Made by a program: the position numbers and the translations under genes. A model generated the notes under the pieces. It had not been told where the DNA came from and ran no database searches. It saw nothing but the letters and a program-made list of their open reading frames with translations. Shown in pieces: positions 19,568 through 29,566 of a stretch of DNA of 64,000 nucleotides (within the stretch, counting starts at the first letter, position 1; the number at the start of each line of letters is the position of its first letter). This DNA is from Acidobacteriota bacterium. GTDB taxonomy: Bacteria > Acidobacteriota > UBA890 > WLXD01. The stretch is taken from assembly GCA_965248695.1 (NCBI GenBank), contig CBDFKD010000002.1, positions 5,600,001 through 5,664,000 on the forward strand, written 5' to 3'.

Positions 19568-20953
19568 ATGAGCGCAAGGAAAGGCAAGCGCAAGAAAGAC
19601 GGCATGAGCCGCCGCGACTTCGCCAAGTCCTCGGTTGCCGCTGGTGCCGCTGCCGTCACGCTTCCGAAAGAGCTACGTGCCGAGACGGCCTCGGGGAAGA
19701 CAAGACAGAGCTTGCGGGATGGCTGGACAGCGGGCACCACCATTCCGGCCGAGTATTACGTCGACGAGAGGCACTACGTCGCAGATGAGCGTTTCCTCGC
19801 CGAGAACATCTGGCTCTACGTCGACCACGAAAGCCGCATTCCGAACGTCGGCGACTACTTCGTGTTCGAGATGGGGCGCTCGGAGAGCGTCATCATCGTA
19901 CGCGGCAACGACGACGGCCAGATCCGGGCCTTTCACAATGTTTGCCGCCACCGTGGCTCGCGGCTCTGCCGACACGATGCCGATTCGATCCCCGGCGACC
20001 CGCGGCTGTCAGTCAAGCAGCTGGGGCAGAGCGGCAACTCGCCCGTGTTTCGCTGCCCTTACCACGCCTGGACCTATGACGTGGACGGCAACCTGATCTA
20101 CGCCTACGGCATGCAAGAGGACTTCGACCCAGCGGACAACGGCTTGAACCCGTGTCACCTGCGAACGTCGGAGGGCAGCATCTTCGTCAACCTGTCGCAG
20201 CAGGACGAGCCACCGGACTTCGAGTCCGCCGTCTCGGCACAACAGCTCATGGGCCGGTACTACGGACACGCGGGCCTGAAGATCGCCGCCCGGGAAAGCC
20301 ACCTGGTCCATGCCAACTGGAAGCTGGTGTTGGAAAACTTCTCCGAGTGCTATCACTGCGGACCAACCCACAAGGGGTTGACCACCACCCACAACTACGA
20401 CTACGACGCCACGCCCGAGCAGATGGCGGTGCGCAACGCGGCGGTGGGCGAATGGCTGACGCCGGCGGGCAGGGTACGGCCCGAGGGTCCCGAGCAGGGG
20501 CCGCGGCTGACAGGGAACCTCAACCCCGGCTTCGTCACGGGGTCCAGCGACGGCAAGTCGGTGGCACCGTTGCTTCCAACCATCGAGCAGCCAACTCACG
20601 GCACCAACGAGGCATACACGGGTTACTACACCGGCTACTGGCAATCCTATGACGACTACGTCGTCGGGCTCCGGTTCACGCCTCGAGACGTCGCGCTCAC
20701 CGACGCTGAGCTCATCTGGCTGGTGCACCCGGACGCCGTGGAGGGAAGAGACTACGATCTGGACACCCTCAAGGCCTTCTGGCAGATCATCGTCCAAGAG
20801 GATATCTGGGTGATCGGCAACAACCACAGGGGCGTGCTCTCCGGCGCCTATCGTTCAGGTCCGTACTCTACCCATGAGAATTCCACGGCCGATTTCATCA
20901 AGTGGTACATGGACGAGGTCGTGACGGCGGGAGGGCGGCCAGACCTGGCATAG
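19568..20953 (+). CDS. Rieske oxygenase alpha subunit with Tat leader, copy 2
   Basis: SRRDFAKSSVAAGAAAV; CRH-x34-CPYH; ENFSECYHCGPTH; QEDIW. Confidence 0.9.
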   Translation: MSARKGKRKKDGMSRRDFAKSSVAAGAAAVTLPKELRAETASGKTRQSLRDGWTAGTTIPAEYYVDERHYVADERFLAENIWLYVDHESRIPNVGDYFVFEMGRSESVIIVRGNDDGQIRAFHNVCRHRGSRLCRHDADSIPGDPRLSVKQLGQSGNSPVFRCPYHAWTYDVDGNLIYAYGMQEDFDPADNGLNPCHLRTSEGSIFVNLSQQDEPPDFESAVSAQQLMGRYYGHAGLKIAARESHLVHANWKLVLENFSECYHCGPTHKGLTTTHNYDYDATPEQMAVRNAAVGEWLTPAGRVRPEGPEQGPRLTGNLNPGFVTGSSDGKSVAPLLPTIEQPTHGTNEAYTGYYTGYWQSYDDYVVGLRFTPRDVALTDAELIWLVHPDAVEGRDYDLDTLKAFWQIIVQEDIWVIGNNHRGVLSGAYRSGPYSTHENSTADFIKWYMDEVVTAGGRPDLA

Positions 20954-21005
20954 GTCGCTTCCCCACAATTCAGAGTGCATCGGCCCAGAGAAGTTGGAGG
21001 GCGGG

Positions 21006-22328
21006 ATGAGCAAGAACGAGGAAGTCACCACGTCGACCCGGCGTGACCTGGCGCGCAGCGCAGTCGCTGCGTATACCGCCGCCGCCCTCGGGCTGCCGCG
21101 GAACCTGTTTGCCCGTGCGATTCCGGATACAGGCCAGATGGGGGGCGGAGAATCCGGCCCCGCGGGGTGGGTACGAGACACGATCGACGCCGAGTACTAC
21201 GTCGACGAAGCGCGCTGGCAGGTCGACGAGCGCCTGGTGGCCGACCACTTCTGGCAGATGGTCGACCACGTGAGCAGGATCCCCGAGCCGGGCGACTTCT
21301 TCGTGTTCGAGTTCGGTCGCTCCGAGTCCATCTTGATCGTGCGCGGGCGAGACAACGAAGTCCGCGGCTTCTACAACGTCTGCCGCCACCGCGGCTCGCG
21401 CCTGTGCCGTCACGATGCCGATCCGATTCCCGAGGACCCGCGCCTGTCGGTCAAGCAGCTGGGCCAGTCAGGTAGCTCGCCGGTGTTCCGCTGCCCGTAC
21501 CACGCCTGGACCTACGACACCGAGGGCAGCCTGATCTACGCCTACGGCATGCAGGACGACTTCGACCCGGCCGAAAACGGCCTGATCCCCTGCCACCTTC
21601 GTGTGGCCGAGGGCTTCATCTTCGTGAACCTGTCGCGCGAGGCGGAGCCGCCGGAGTTCGAGACGGCGATCGAGCCGTTCCGCGAGGTGGGTCAGTCACA
21701 CGGCATGGCCGACCTGAAGGTGGCCGAGCGCGTCTTCGTGCCGTGCCGGTCCAACTGGAAGCTGGCGCTCGAGAACTTCCTGGAGTGCTACCACTGTGGG
21801 CCGTCGCACGACTACCTGTGCCACGTGTTCCCGAACATCGATCTCTCGCTACCGGAATCTCAAAGACCTGGGAGCGGGATGCCCGCGAGCTTCGTCAGCG
21901 CCACGATGGACGGCAAGCCGGCGGCACCGTTGCTGCCCGCCTTCGAGCGCAGAACTGGCCGGAAGATGGGAAGCGACGTGGCGACGGGTTGGTCGACCGG
22001 TTACTGGTCTCCCAACGAGGACTACGTCTTTGCAGTCCGATTCACCCCCCGCGATGTGGACCTCACCGACGTGGAGTGCACCTGGCTCGTGCACCCGGAC
22101 GCGAAGCGCGGCGTGGACTACGACCCGGAGAGGCTGAAGGAAGTCTGGTACGTCACGCTGCTGGAGGACATCTGGTTGTGCGAGAACAACCACATCGGGA
22201 TCCGCTCAGGCGCCTACCGCCCCGGACGCTACGCCACCCACGAGATCGGCCGGATCCTGCCGGCCAACTTCATGCACTGGTACGTGAAGGCCGTGGCGGG
22301 TGACGTCGGCCGAGTGATGCCTTACTGA
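21006..22328 (+). CDS. Rieske oxygenase alpha subunit with Tat-like leader, copy 3
   Basis: TRRDLAR; CRH-x34-CPYH; ECYHCGPSH; LEDIW. Confidence 0.9.
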   Translation: MSKNEEVTTSTRRDLARSAVAAYTAAALGLPRNLFARAIPDTGQMGGGESGPAGWVRDTIDAEYYVDEARWQVDERLVADHFWQMVDHVSRIPEPGDFFVFEFGRSESILIVRGRDNEVRGFYNVCRHRGSRLCRHDADPIPEDPRLSVKQLGQSGSSPVFRCPYHAWTYDTEGSLIYAYGMQDDFDPAENGLIPCHLRVAEGFIFVNLSREAEPPEFETAIEPFREVGQSHGMADLKVAERVFVPCRSNWKLALENFLECYHCGPSHDYLCHVFPNIDLSLPESQRPGSGMPASFVSATMDGKPAAPLLPAFERRTGRKMGSDVATGWSTGYWSPNEDYVFAVRFTPRDVDLTDVECTWLVHPDAKRGVDYDPERLKEVWYVTLLEDIWLCENNHIGIRSGAYRPGRYATHEIGRILPANFMHWYVKAVAGDVGRVMPY

Positions 22329-22345
22329 CGAGCTTGGAGGATGGG

Positions 22346-23728
22346 ATGAGCAAGAAAGAGGAAGGCAACAAATCGACTCGGCGTGACTTGGCGCGTAGCG
22401 CTGTTGTCGGCTACACCGCCGCCGCCCTCGGGCTGCCAGCTCACCTGCTTGGCAGGGAAGTTGCGGAAGTGGGCCAGATGGCCAGCGGGGAATCGGGCGT
22501 CGCTGGGTCGCTCGGAGCCACGATTGACGCCGAGTACTACACGGACGCAGAGCGCTGGGAGTTCGATGAGCGCCTGGTGGCCGACCACTTCTGGCAAATG
22601 GTCGACCACGAGAGCAGGATCCCGAATACAGGCGACTTCTTCGTGTTCGAGTTCGGTCGCAGCGAGAGCATCCTGATCGTGCGCGGGCGGGACAACGAAG
22701 TCCGCGGCTTCTATAACGTGTGCCGCCACCGCGGCTCGCGCCTGTGTCGTCACGATGCGGATGCGATCCCCCAGGATCCACGCCTGTCGGTCAAGCAGCT
22801 CAGCCAGTCGGGCAGCTCGCCGGTGTTCCGCTGCCCCTACCACGCCTGGACGTACGACACCGAAGGCAGCCTGATCTATGCCTACGGCATGCAGGAGGAC
22901 TTCGACCCGGCGGACAACGGTTTGATCCCCTGCCACCTGCGCATCGCGGACGGCATGATCTTCGTGAACCTGTCGCGAGAGCCGGAACCGCCAGAGTTCG
23001 AGACAGCAGTCGAGCCCTTCCGCCGCGATGTGGGCAGACCCCACGGCACCGCCGACTTGAAGGTCGGCGAGCGGGTCTACGTTGCGATGCACGCCAACTG
23101 GAAGCTGGCGCTGGAGAACTTCCTGGAGTGCTACCACTGCGGTCCGTCGCACGACTACCTGTGCTACGTGTACCCGGGCTCCGACTTCACCACGGAGTCC
23201 GAGAAACAGGGGAAGGGTGGGCTGCTCAACGGATTCGTCACCGGCACGATGGACGGCAAGGCGGCGGCACCGTTGCTGCCCGCCTTTGAGGGCACCGACG
23301 CGAGGACAACGTCACGCACGTCGACCGAGACGACGTCGGGTTGGTCGACCGGCTACTGGCTCGGGTACGACGATCACGTCTTCACGGTGAGGTTCACCCC
23401 CCGTGACGTCGATCTCACCGACGTGGAGTGCACCTGGCTGGTGCATCCGGATGCGAAGCGCGGCGTCGATTACGACCCCGAGAGGCTAAAGGAAGTGTGG
23501 CTCGTCACGCTGCTGGAGGACATCTGGTTGTGCGAGAACAACCACGCCGGCATTCGCTCAGGCGCCTACCAGCCTGGCCGCTACGCCACTCATGAGCGCA
23601 GCCCGTCCAGATTCATACAGTGGTATATGGCCGCCGTCGCGGGTGACATCGGGCCGGCGTGGAACCCACGGCGGTATGAGCGTCCGACTGCCCGCCTCGA
23701 GGGTCCGGACGATGCACTCTTGACCTGA
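22346..23728 (+). CDS. Rieske oxygenase alpha subunit with Tat-like leader, copy 4
   Basis: TRRDLAR; CRH-x34-CPYH; ECYHCGPSH; LEDIW. Confidence 0.9.
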   Translation: MSKKEEGNKSTRRDLARSAVVGYTAAALGLPAHLLGREVAEVGQMASGESGVAGSLGATIDAEYYTDAERWEFDERLVADHFWQMVDHESRIPNTGDFFVFEFGRSESILIVRGRDNEVRGFYNVCRHRGSRLCRHDADAIPQDPRLSVKQLSQSGSSPVFRCPYHAWTYDTEGSLIYAYGMQEDFDPADNGLIPCHLRIADGMIFVNLSREPEPPEFETAVEPFRRDVGRPHGTADLKVGERVYVAMHANWKLALENFLECYHCGPSHDYLCYVYPGSDFTTESEKQGKGGLLNGFVTGTMDGKAAAPLLPAFEGTDARTTSRTSTETTSGWSTGYWLGYDDHVFTVRFTPRDVDLTDVECTWLVHPDAKRGVDYDPERLKEVWLVTLLEDIWLCENNHAGIRSGAYQPGRYATHERSPSRFIQWYMAAVAGDIGPAWNPRRYERPTARLEGPDDALLT

Positions 23729-23796
23729 ATCTCCGAGTTGCTGCATCAGGTAGCGACTGCGGGCAACCGAGCGCACTCCGCGCACCGAGGATGCAC

Positions 23797-25725
23797 ATGA
23801 GAGATCGGGATCTTGATCTGGGAATGCACCGGGAGATCACCCGGCGTGATTTCGTCTCCGGTGTCAGCGTAGCGCTGAGCGGCAGCCTCGCATTGCCGTG
23901 GGCGCAGACGGGCGCCCTGGCTAACCCCACGGCTCCGGCACAAACCCCACAGTCCATGGCGGCCGCGTATCCACCGATCCGGACCGGTATGCGCGGCAGT
24001 CATGAAGGCTCCTACGAGGTCGCTCACCAGCTTCGAGATGGCATGCGCTGGGACAACCCGGAGGAGACGGGTGAGCTCTACGACCTGATCGTGGTCGGTG
24101 GCGGCATCAGCGGCCTCGCCTCGGCATGGTTTTATCGCGAAGCCGTCCCCGGGGCGCGCATCCTGATCCTCGATAACCACGACGACTTCGGCGGTCATGC
24201 CAAGCGCAACGAGTTCTGGCACGAAGACCAGATGGAGCTGTCACATGGCGGCACCATCTTCATCTCCAACTTGCATCGGTACAGTGCAGCAGCCCAGCGC
24301 CTGATCCGCGGGATCGGCATCGATGTGAACCGCTACTCCGAGTTCCTCGACGAGGATCTGTACAGCTCGCTCGGCATGGGCGGGTCGGTCTTCTTCGACC
24401 GCGAGACGTTCGGCACCGATCGTCTGCTGTTGGGTGAAGGCGAGCCATCTTGGCGCCAGTTTCTGGCGCACGCACCCTTGTCCGAGGCGGCGCGTGAGGA
24501 CCTCGTACGACTCCACGAATCGGACGTCGATTATCTGGCGCACCTCAGCTTGGAGGAGAAGGTCGAGTACCTTCAGCACACGAGCTACGAGGACTTTCTC
24601 TTGCAGGTGGTCAAGATCAGCCCGGAGGCGGTCTCCTTCCTCCGGACGTCCAACGGCTGGGCGATCGGCATCGACGCCATCTCCGCCTGGAGTGGCGCTG
24701 GCAGCCGGCCAGGAACCACCGGGCTCGGTTTGGGTCGCGACGATGCGGCCGCCGAACCGCGCGAGGAGCGCGCGTTCTTCCAGTTCCCGGATGGCAACTC
24801 TTCCGTCGCGCGCCTGCTCGTCCGGTCGCTGATCCCCGACGTCGCTCCCGGCACCACGATGGAGGATGTCGTCGCTGCACGATTCGATTACGGCAAGCTC
24901 GATCGGGAAGACTCGCCCGTCCGCGTGCGCCTGGAGAGCACAGCGGTGCGAGTAGGCCACCGGGGCGATCCGCGCACTGCCGAAGAAGTCGAGGTCACCT
25001 ACGTCCGCCACGGCCGCGCCCAGCGAGCTCGCGCCGGCCGCTGTGTGCTTGCCTGCTACAACGCGGTCATTCCTCATATTTGCGACGAGCTGCCGGACAC
25101 GCAAGAGCACGCGCTATCGAATGCTCTCAAGGCGCCCCTTATCTACACCAACGTCCTGATCCGCAACTGGACCGCCTTCCAGAAGCTCGGCACGCACGAT
25201 GTGCGCTGCCCGGGCAGTTATTTCGACGACGTCAATCTGACACCGCCGATCAGCATTGGAGGCTACCGACACGCAAGCACTCCCGACGAGCCCACCGTGG
25301 TGCGCATGTGGCGCGCCCCGCTGGTGCCCGAGGCCCGCGGGCAGTCCGCGGCGGAGCAATGGAAAGCCGCCCGCCAGAGTCTGGTGATGACGACGTTCGA
25401 GACCTTCGAGCGCAAGATCAGGGATCAGCTCGGCCGCATACTCTCCACCGGAGGCTTCGACCCGGCGCGCGACATCGAGGCGATCACCGTGAACCGCTGG
25501 CCACACGGCTATGCCTACGGCCACGATCTGGAGACCGGTCAGATCGCATGGAGGCTCGATGAGGTACCGCCCGAGCGCTCTTCGTGGATCGTCGCCCGCC
25601 AGCGTTTCGGCCGCATCGGGATCGCCAACTCGGACGCGATGGCCGACGCCATGACCGAAGGTGCGATCGGCGCGGCGCATCTGGCGGTCGAGGCGCTCAT
25701 TGCCCCCGAGACAGCGCCATTGTGA
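23797..25725 (+). CDS. Tat-exported SpdH-like FAD/heme b oxidoreductase, copy 2
   Basis: Close paralog of 13689..15623 with the same motifs. Start could be 23791. Confidence 0.88.
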   Translation: MRDRDLDLGMHREITRRDFVSGVSVALSGSLALPWAQTGALANPTAPAQTPQSMAAAYPPIRTGMRGSHEGSYEVAHQLRDGMRWDNPEETGELYDLIVVGGGISGLASAWFYREAVPGARILILDNHDDFGGHAKRNEFWHEDQMELSHGGTIFISNLHRYSAAAQRLIRGIGIDVNRYSEFLDEDLYSSLGMGGSVFFDRETFGTDRLLLGEGEPSWRQFLAHAPLSEAAREDLVRLHESDVDYLAHLSLEEKVEYLQHTSYEDFLLQVVKISPEAVSFLRTSNGWAIGIDAISAWSGAGSRPGTTGLGLGRDDAAAEPREERAFFQFPDGNSSVARLLVRSLIPDVAPGTTMEDVVAARFDYGKLDREDSPVRVRLESTAVRVGHRGDPRTAEEVEVTYVRHGRAQRARAGRCVLACYNAVIPHICDELPDTQEHALSNALKAPLIYTNVLIRNWTAFQKLGTHDVRCPGSYFDDVNLTPPISIGGYRHASTPDEPTVVRMWRAPLVPEARGQSAAEQWKAARQSLVMTTFETFERKIRDQLGRILSTGGFDPARDIEAITVNRWPHGYAYGHDLETGQIAWRLDEVPPERSSWIVARQRFGRIGIANSDAMADAMTEGAIGAAHLAVEALIAPETAPL

Positions 25726-25751
25726 TCACAGCGGGCTCACCCCTGCGCAGG

Positions 25752-27413
25752 TTACCGCTCGTAGACGATCTCGCCACCGAGGATGGTGGCGTCGACCCCG
25801 ACGTCGAACATCTCCGCGCCCTGCAACCGCGTCGGGTCTGCCGACAACACGGCTAAGTCCCCGAGCTTGCCAACCGCAATCGAGCCCTTCTCTCGCTCTT
25901 CGAAGCCAGCGCGCGCCGCCCAGATGGTGTGCATCCGCAGGGCGTCCTCAAAGCCGAGCTCCTCGCCCGGCGGCGTGCCGCCGCCGTCCTCCGGCGAGGC
26001 CATCAACGAGGCGATTGCCCCCATGGGACTGAAGACCGGCACGGTGCCGGTGGCGTCCGACACCGCCACCGGGCGAACGCCCTGCTGAACGAGCGTGCGG
26101 TATCGCGGGACTGTCCGGGGCGTCGTGCGCGGCGGTGTGCTCCTCTGCTGCTGGGGCGTGATGATCGGGATGAGGCCGAGCTCCGCAAGGCGTTCGATGC
26201 GATCGAGCGCCTCGACGTCTCCGCCGTGCTCGAGCCGGTGGCGCATGGGCGTCGGATCGTGTTGCAGCGCCGCCTCGACGGCCGCCTCGGCGGCCATATG
26301 TCCCGGATCGGTGACCACGTGCATCATGAGCTGCACCCCGGCGGTATGCGCCCGAAGCACGAACTCGTCGAGCTCCGGTTGTGTCCACTTGAAGTCGGTA
26401 AAGGCGCGACCCAGACCATCGCTGCCGGCGCCGTCGACGAAGATCTTGACGCCGCCGAAGCGGAACATGTCGTTGCCGAACCCTGACTGAAGCCCGATCT
26501 CCAAGAAGTGGTCGAGCCCGAACAGGTGCGGCACGTGGTAGTAGGCGCGCAGGCGAATCGGTAGCTCACCGGAAGCCTGCACCGCCTGGTCGGCCAGAAG
26601 ATCGGTTCCGGCCAGCGGCAACGTCTGGATCGAGGTAATCGCCTTGGCCACGAACAGCTCCGAGGCGTGAGCCCGGAGCGCTGCCTCGACCTCTGCGACC
26701 GTGTAGGCGGGCGGCAACGTCCAGATCTCCGTTGCGATACCTGTCGGATCTCCCCCAGGATCACGATGCACGAGCGCCCCCCGGGGCGCCGCGTCGTCCG
26801 AGTCCCAGAGACCGAGCTCCCGAAGACCTCGCGTGTTCACCATGCCGACGTGGAAGCCGGCGTAGAGGATCAGCGGGTGGTCCTCGGTGATGGCGTCAAG
26901 CTCGTGGCGATCGGGGAGCCGACCCTCCTCGACGCGGCCAGCCATGCCGAACGAACCCCGACCGATGATCCATCGTCCGTTGGGGCTCTCCGCCGCTTTC
27001 GACTGCAGCGCTGCCTTGATCTCGCGGAGACTGGTGAACGGAGGCGTGTGGCAGGCGACTTGATAGGCGCTCGCGTTGCACGCCATCTCGAAGTGGACGT
27101 GAGCATCGACGAAACCGGGGACGACCCCACGCCCGTCGGCGTCGAAGACGGGGGCTGTCCCGGCGGCCGCGCTCACAGCCTCGTTGCTGCCGACCAACGC
27201 GATGCGGCCAGCGCGTACGAGTACTGCCTCGGCTCGCGGTTGGTCCGTCTCGAGGGTCACGACGCTACCGTTGACCAGCGCCAGGTCCCGCGCCCAGCGG
27301 CCGCCGCCGCCAGCAGCCGGGCCCATGCCTGTCCCGGGCGCTCCGCAGCCGATCGGGAGCGTGGCCCCGACGCCTGCGGCGGCACCGATCTTGAGCAGGT
27401 CGCGTCGTCTCAT
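25752..27413 (-). CDS. Tat-exported amidohydrolase (paralog of 4044..5696)
   Basis: MRRRDLLK; PGFVDAHVH; GGVKIFVDG; RLEHGG; KGSIAVGKLGD. Confidence 0.9.
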   Translation of the reverse strand: MRRRDLLKIGAAAGVGATLPIGCGAPGTGMGPAAGGGGRWARDLALVNGSVVTLETDQPRAEAVLVRAGRIALVGSNEAVSAAAGTAPVFDADGRGVVPGFVDAHVHFEMACNASAYQVACHTPPFTSLREIKAALQSKAAESPNGRWIIGRGSFGMAGRVEEGRLPDRHELDAITEDHPLILYAGFHVGMVNTRGLRELGLWDSDDAAPRGALVHRDPGGDPTGIATEIWTLPPAYTVAEVEAALRAHASELFVAKAITSIQTLPLAGTDLLADQAVQASGELPIRLRAYYHVPHLFGLDHFLEIGLQSGFGNDMFRFGGVKIFVDGAGSDGLGRAFTDFKWTQPELDEFVLRAHTAGVQLMMHVVTDPGHMAAEAAVEAALQHDPTPMRHRLEHGGDVEALDRIERLAELGLIPIITPQQQRSTPPRTTPRTVPRYRTLVQQGVRPVAVSDATGTVPVFSPMGAIASLMASPEDGGGTPPGEELGFEDALRMHTIWAARAGFEEREKGSIAVGKLGDLAVLSADPTRLQGAEMFDVGVDATILGGEIVYER

Positions 27414-27458
27414 GCTACGTCACTCATGGCATTCGACCGTTCTACGGCGACTCTTCCA

Positions 27459-27537
27459 CCCGGGATTTCCGAGAGATGACCCGAGTCGCGTTCTTGGCTT
27501 GGTCTATCAGGGACGCTCTTGACTCAACCACTGACCG
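27459..27537 (-). repeat. Conserved upstream element, copy D
   Basis: Minus strand CGGTCAGTGGTTGAGTCAAGAGCGTCCCTGATAGACCAAGCCAAGAACGCGACTCGGGTCATCTCTCGGAAATCCCGGG. Confidence 0.75.
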
Positions 27538-27661
27538 CCGGAAGCTTCAAGGGATCGTCGTCCGTCCTTGCATCGATCTGTCCCAGCCAGGGGTTGCTTC
27601 GTCGACGTAGACAAGCTCGTCGTAGCCATCGCTCACGCGGTGGATCCCTTGAGGAGCCTGA

Positions 27662-27745
27662 CGGTCAGTGATTGACTCCTGGCGGTTCCCGATACTGACC
27701 AAGCCAAGACCGTGACCCGACCAGGGTCTCCCAGGAAATCCCGGG
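27662..27745 (+). repeat. Conserved upstream element, copy B
   Basis: CGGTCAGTGATTGACTCCTGGCGGTTCCCGATACTGACCAAGCCAAGACCGTGACCCGACCAGGGTCTCCCAGGAAATCCCGGG; abuts the RBS GGAGG. Confidence 0.75.
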
Positions 27746-27754
27746 AGGTGAACA

Positions 27755-29566
27755 ATGCCGCGCAGATCATCGACCGAAACCGGGCTCCGTCTGTTGATCG
27801 CATTGCTGGCGAGCCTGAGCCTATCAGCGTGTCAGCCGTCAACGCAGGACGCGTCGCCACGCGATGGTGACGGTCCTGCCGATCTGGTCTTGCGCGGGGG
27901 TAAGTTCTTTACCCTCGACGAAGCCCAGGTCTGGGCGGAAGCCGTCGCGATCAAGGAGGGCAGGTTCGTCTACGTCGGCGACGACGCCGGTGCACAGAGC
28001 CTTGTCGGCCCCGATACCGATCGCCATGACCTCGGCGGCAGGCTGACACTTCCCGGCCTGGTGGATTCCCATACCCACCCGGGTCTGATGGGGCGGGAGT
28101 CGGCCGGGTACATCGCCGTCCCCGTGGGTGGTGGTCCGAGAGGGAGTCTGCCCCGGCGCGGGAGCAACGAGGAGGTGGTCGCCGCGGTGCAGGCGTATGC
28201 CCAGGCCAACCCGGACCTTCCCTGGATCGAGATGGGTAGCTGGTCCGGACATGTTTACGGCAAAGCGGGTCCACACAGGAGCGATCTGGATCGCGTCGTA
28301 GCGGATCGACCGGTGATGCTGGGAGACGACACCGGCCATAGCGTTTGGGTCAATTCCAAGGCGCTCGAAATGATGGGCGTCGACAGGAACACACCCGATC
28401 CGGTACCCGGTCTGTCGATGTTCGTACGGGATGCCGATGGGGAGCCTACCGGCTGGATCAAGGAGTTCGCCGCCTGGCCCTATGCGCGGCCCATTGCCGC
28501 TGCCGTTGACCGGGAGGCCAACAAGGAGGGCATCGTCACCTTCTTGGAGTACCTATCACGCCACGGCGTCACTTCGCTCTTGGACGCCGGCAACTTCGAC
28601 TACCACGATCTCACCTACTCGTTGCTTGCCGAGCTGGAGGCCGCCGGTCGCCTGCCGATTCGCTACGAGGCCGCATATCACATCATCTTGCCCGATCAGG
28701 TGCCCGATGCGATCGATGAGCTACTACGGTTGCGCCGCACCTACGGCGGCGAACGTCTGACGTTCAACACCATCAAGATTCACTTCGACGGCACGGACGA
28801 GCTTCGTACCGGCGCGGTGCTCGAACCGTTCAGCGATGATCCGGGCAACCGCGGCACGACTCTCCTCGACACCGAGGAGCTCAGTGACTTCATCGTGAAG
28901 CTTCACGACGCCCGCATCGATCTGCACCTTCACATCATGGCCGACCGGGGCGTGCGCATCGCGCTGGATGCCGTGGAAGCAGCGCGGGGATCGGTCGACG
29001 GCGAGCTCTATCCGCGCGTCACCATCTGCCATCTGGATATCATCGACACCGCGGACTACCCCCGTTTCAAACAGCTCGGTGTCATTGCCAACTACACGCC
29101 CCAATGGCACGGCCTGGGAGACCGGCTGCCGTTGACCGCGCTGACCCTTGGCGATCGCTTCGAGAGGATGTTGCTGGTGCAGCCGTTACTGGATGACGGC
29201 GCCGTCGTCACCTTCTCCAGCGACGTGACATCGCTCAGTGGCATGGAGCGAGCCAACCCGTATCTCGGGATGCAGATCGGCCACAACCGCCAGTACCATG
29301 AGCAAGGTGCGGATGCGCCGATAAGGCTGCCGATGACCGAACGGCTGAACCTGGAGGATCTGATCAAGGGATACACCTCGAGCGGCGCCTATCAGCTCCG
29401 CGTGGAGGACCAGCTCGGCTCGATCGAGGTGGGCAAGCTCGCCGATCTGGTGGTGCTCGATCGAAACCTGTTCGAGGTGGACCGCTACGAGATCCACACG
29501 GTGCGCCCCGAAGCGGTCTTCATGGAAGGCGAGATCATCAGCGGAAGCCCGGACGCCTGGAGATGA
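27755..29566 (+). CDS. Amidohydrolase (YtcJ-like) lipoprotein
   Basis: Lipobox LSAC; PGLVDSHTH; IKIHFDG; HLHIMAD; GSIEVGKLADLVVLD. Confidence 0.9.
   Translation: MPRRSSTETGLRLLIALLASLSLSACQPSTQDASPRDGDGPADLVLRGGKFFTLDEAQVWAEAVAIKEGRFVYVGDDAGAQSLVGPDTDRHDLGGRLTLPGLVDSHTHPGLMGRESAGYIAVPVGGGPRGSLPRRGSNEEVVAAVQAYAQANPDLPWIEMGSWSGHVYGKAGPHRSDLDRVVADRPVMLGDDTGHSVWVNSKALEMMGVDRNTPDPVPGLSMFVRDADGEPTGWIKEFAAWPYARPIAAAVDREANKEGIVTFLEYLSRHGVTSLLDAGNFDYHDLTYSLLAELEAAGRLPIRYEAAYHIILPDQVPDAIDELLRLRRTYGGERLTFNTIKIHFDGTDELRTGAVLEPFSDDPGNRGTTLLDTEELSDFIVKLHDARIDLHLHIMADRGVRIALDAVEAARGSVDGELYPRVTICHLDIIDTADYPRFKQLGVIANYTPQWHGLGDRLPLTALTLGDRFERMLLVQPLLDDGAVVTFSSDVTSLSGMERANPYLGMQIGHNRQYHEQGADAPIRLPMTERLNLEDLIKGYTSSGAYQLRVEDQLGSIEVGKLADLVVLDRNLFEVDRYEIHTVRPEAVFMEGEIISGSPDAWR

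Noticed and set aside
27459-27745. MITE or integron attC interpretation of the inverted element pair
   Set aside because: No target duplication at the flanks, no GTTRRRY/RYYYAAC cores and no integrase; single copies occur elsewhere. Kept only as an alternative hypothesis.
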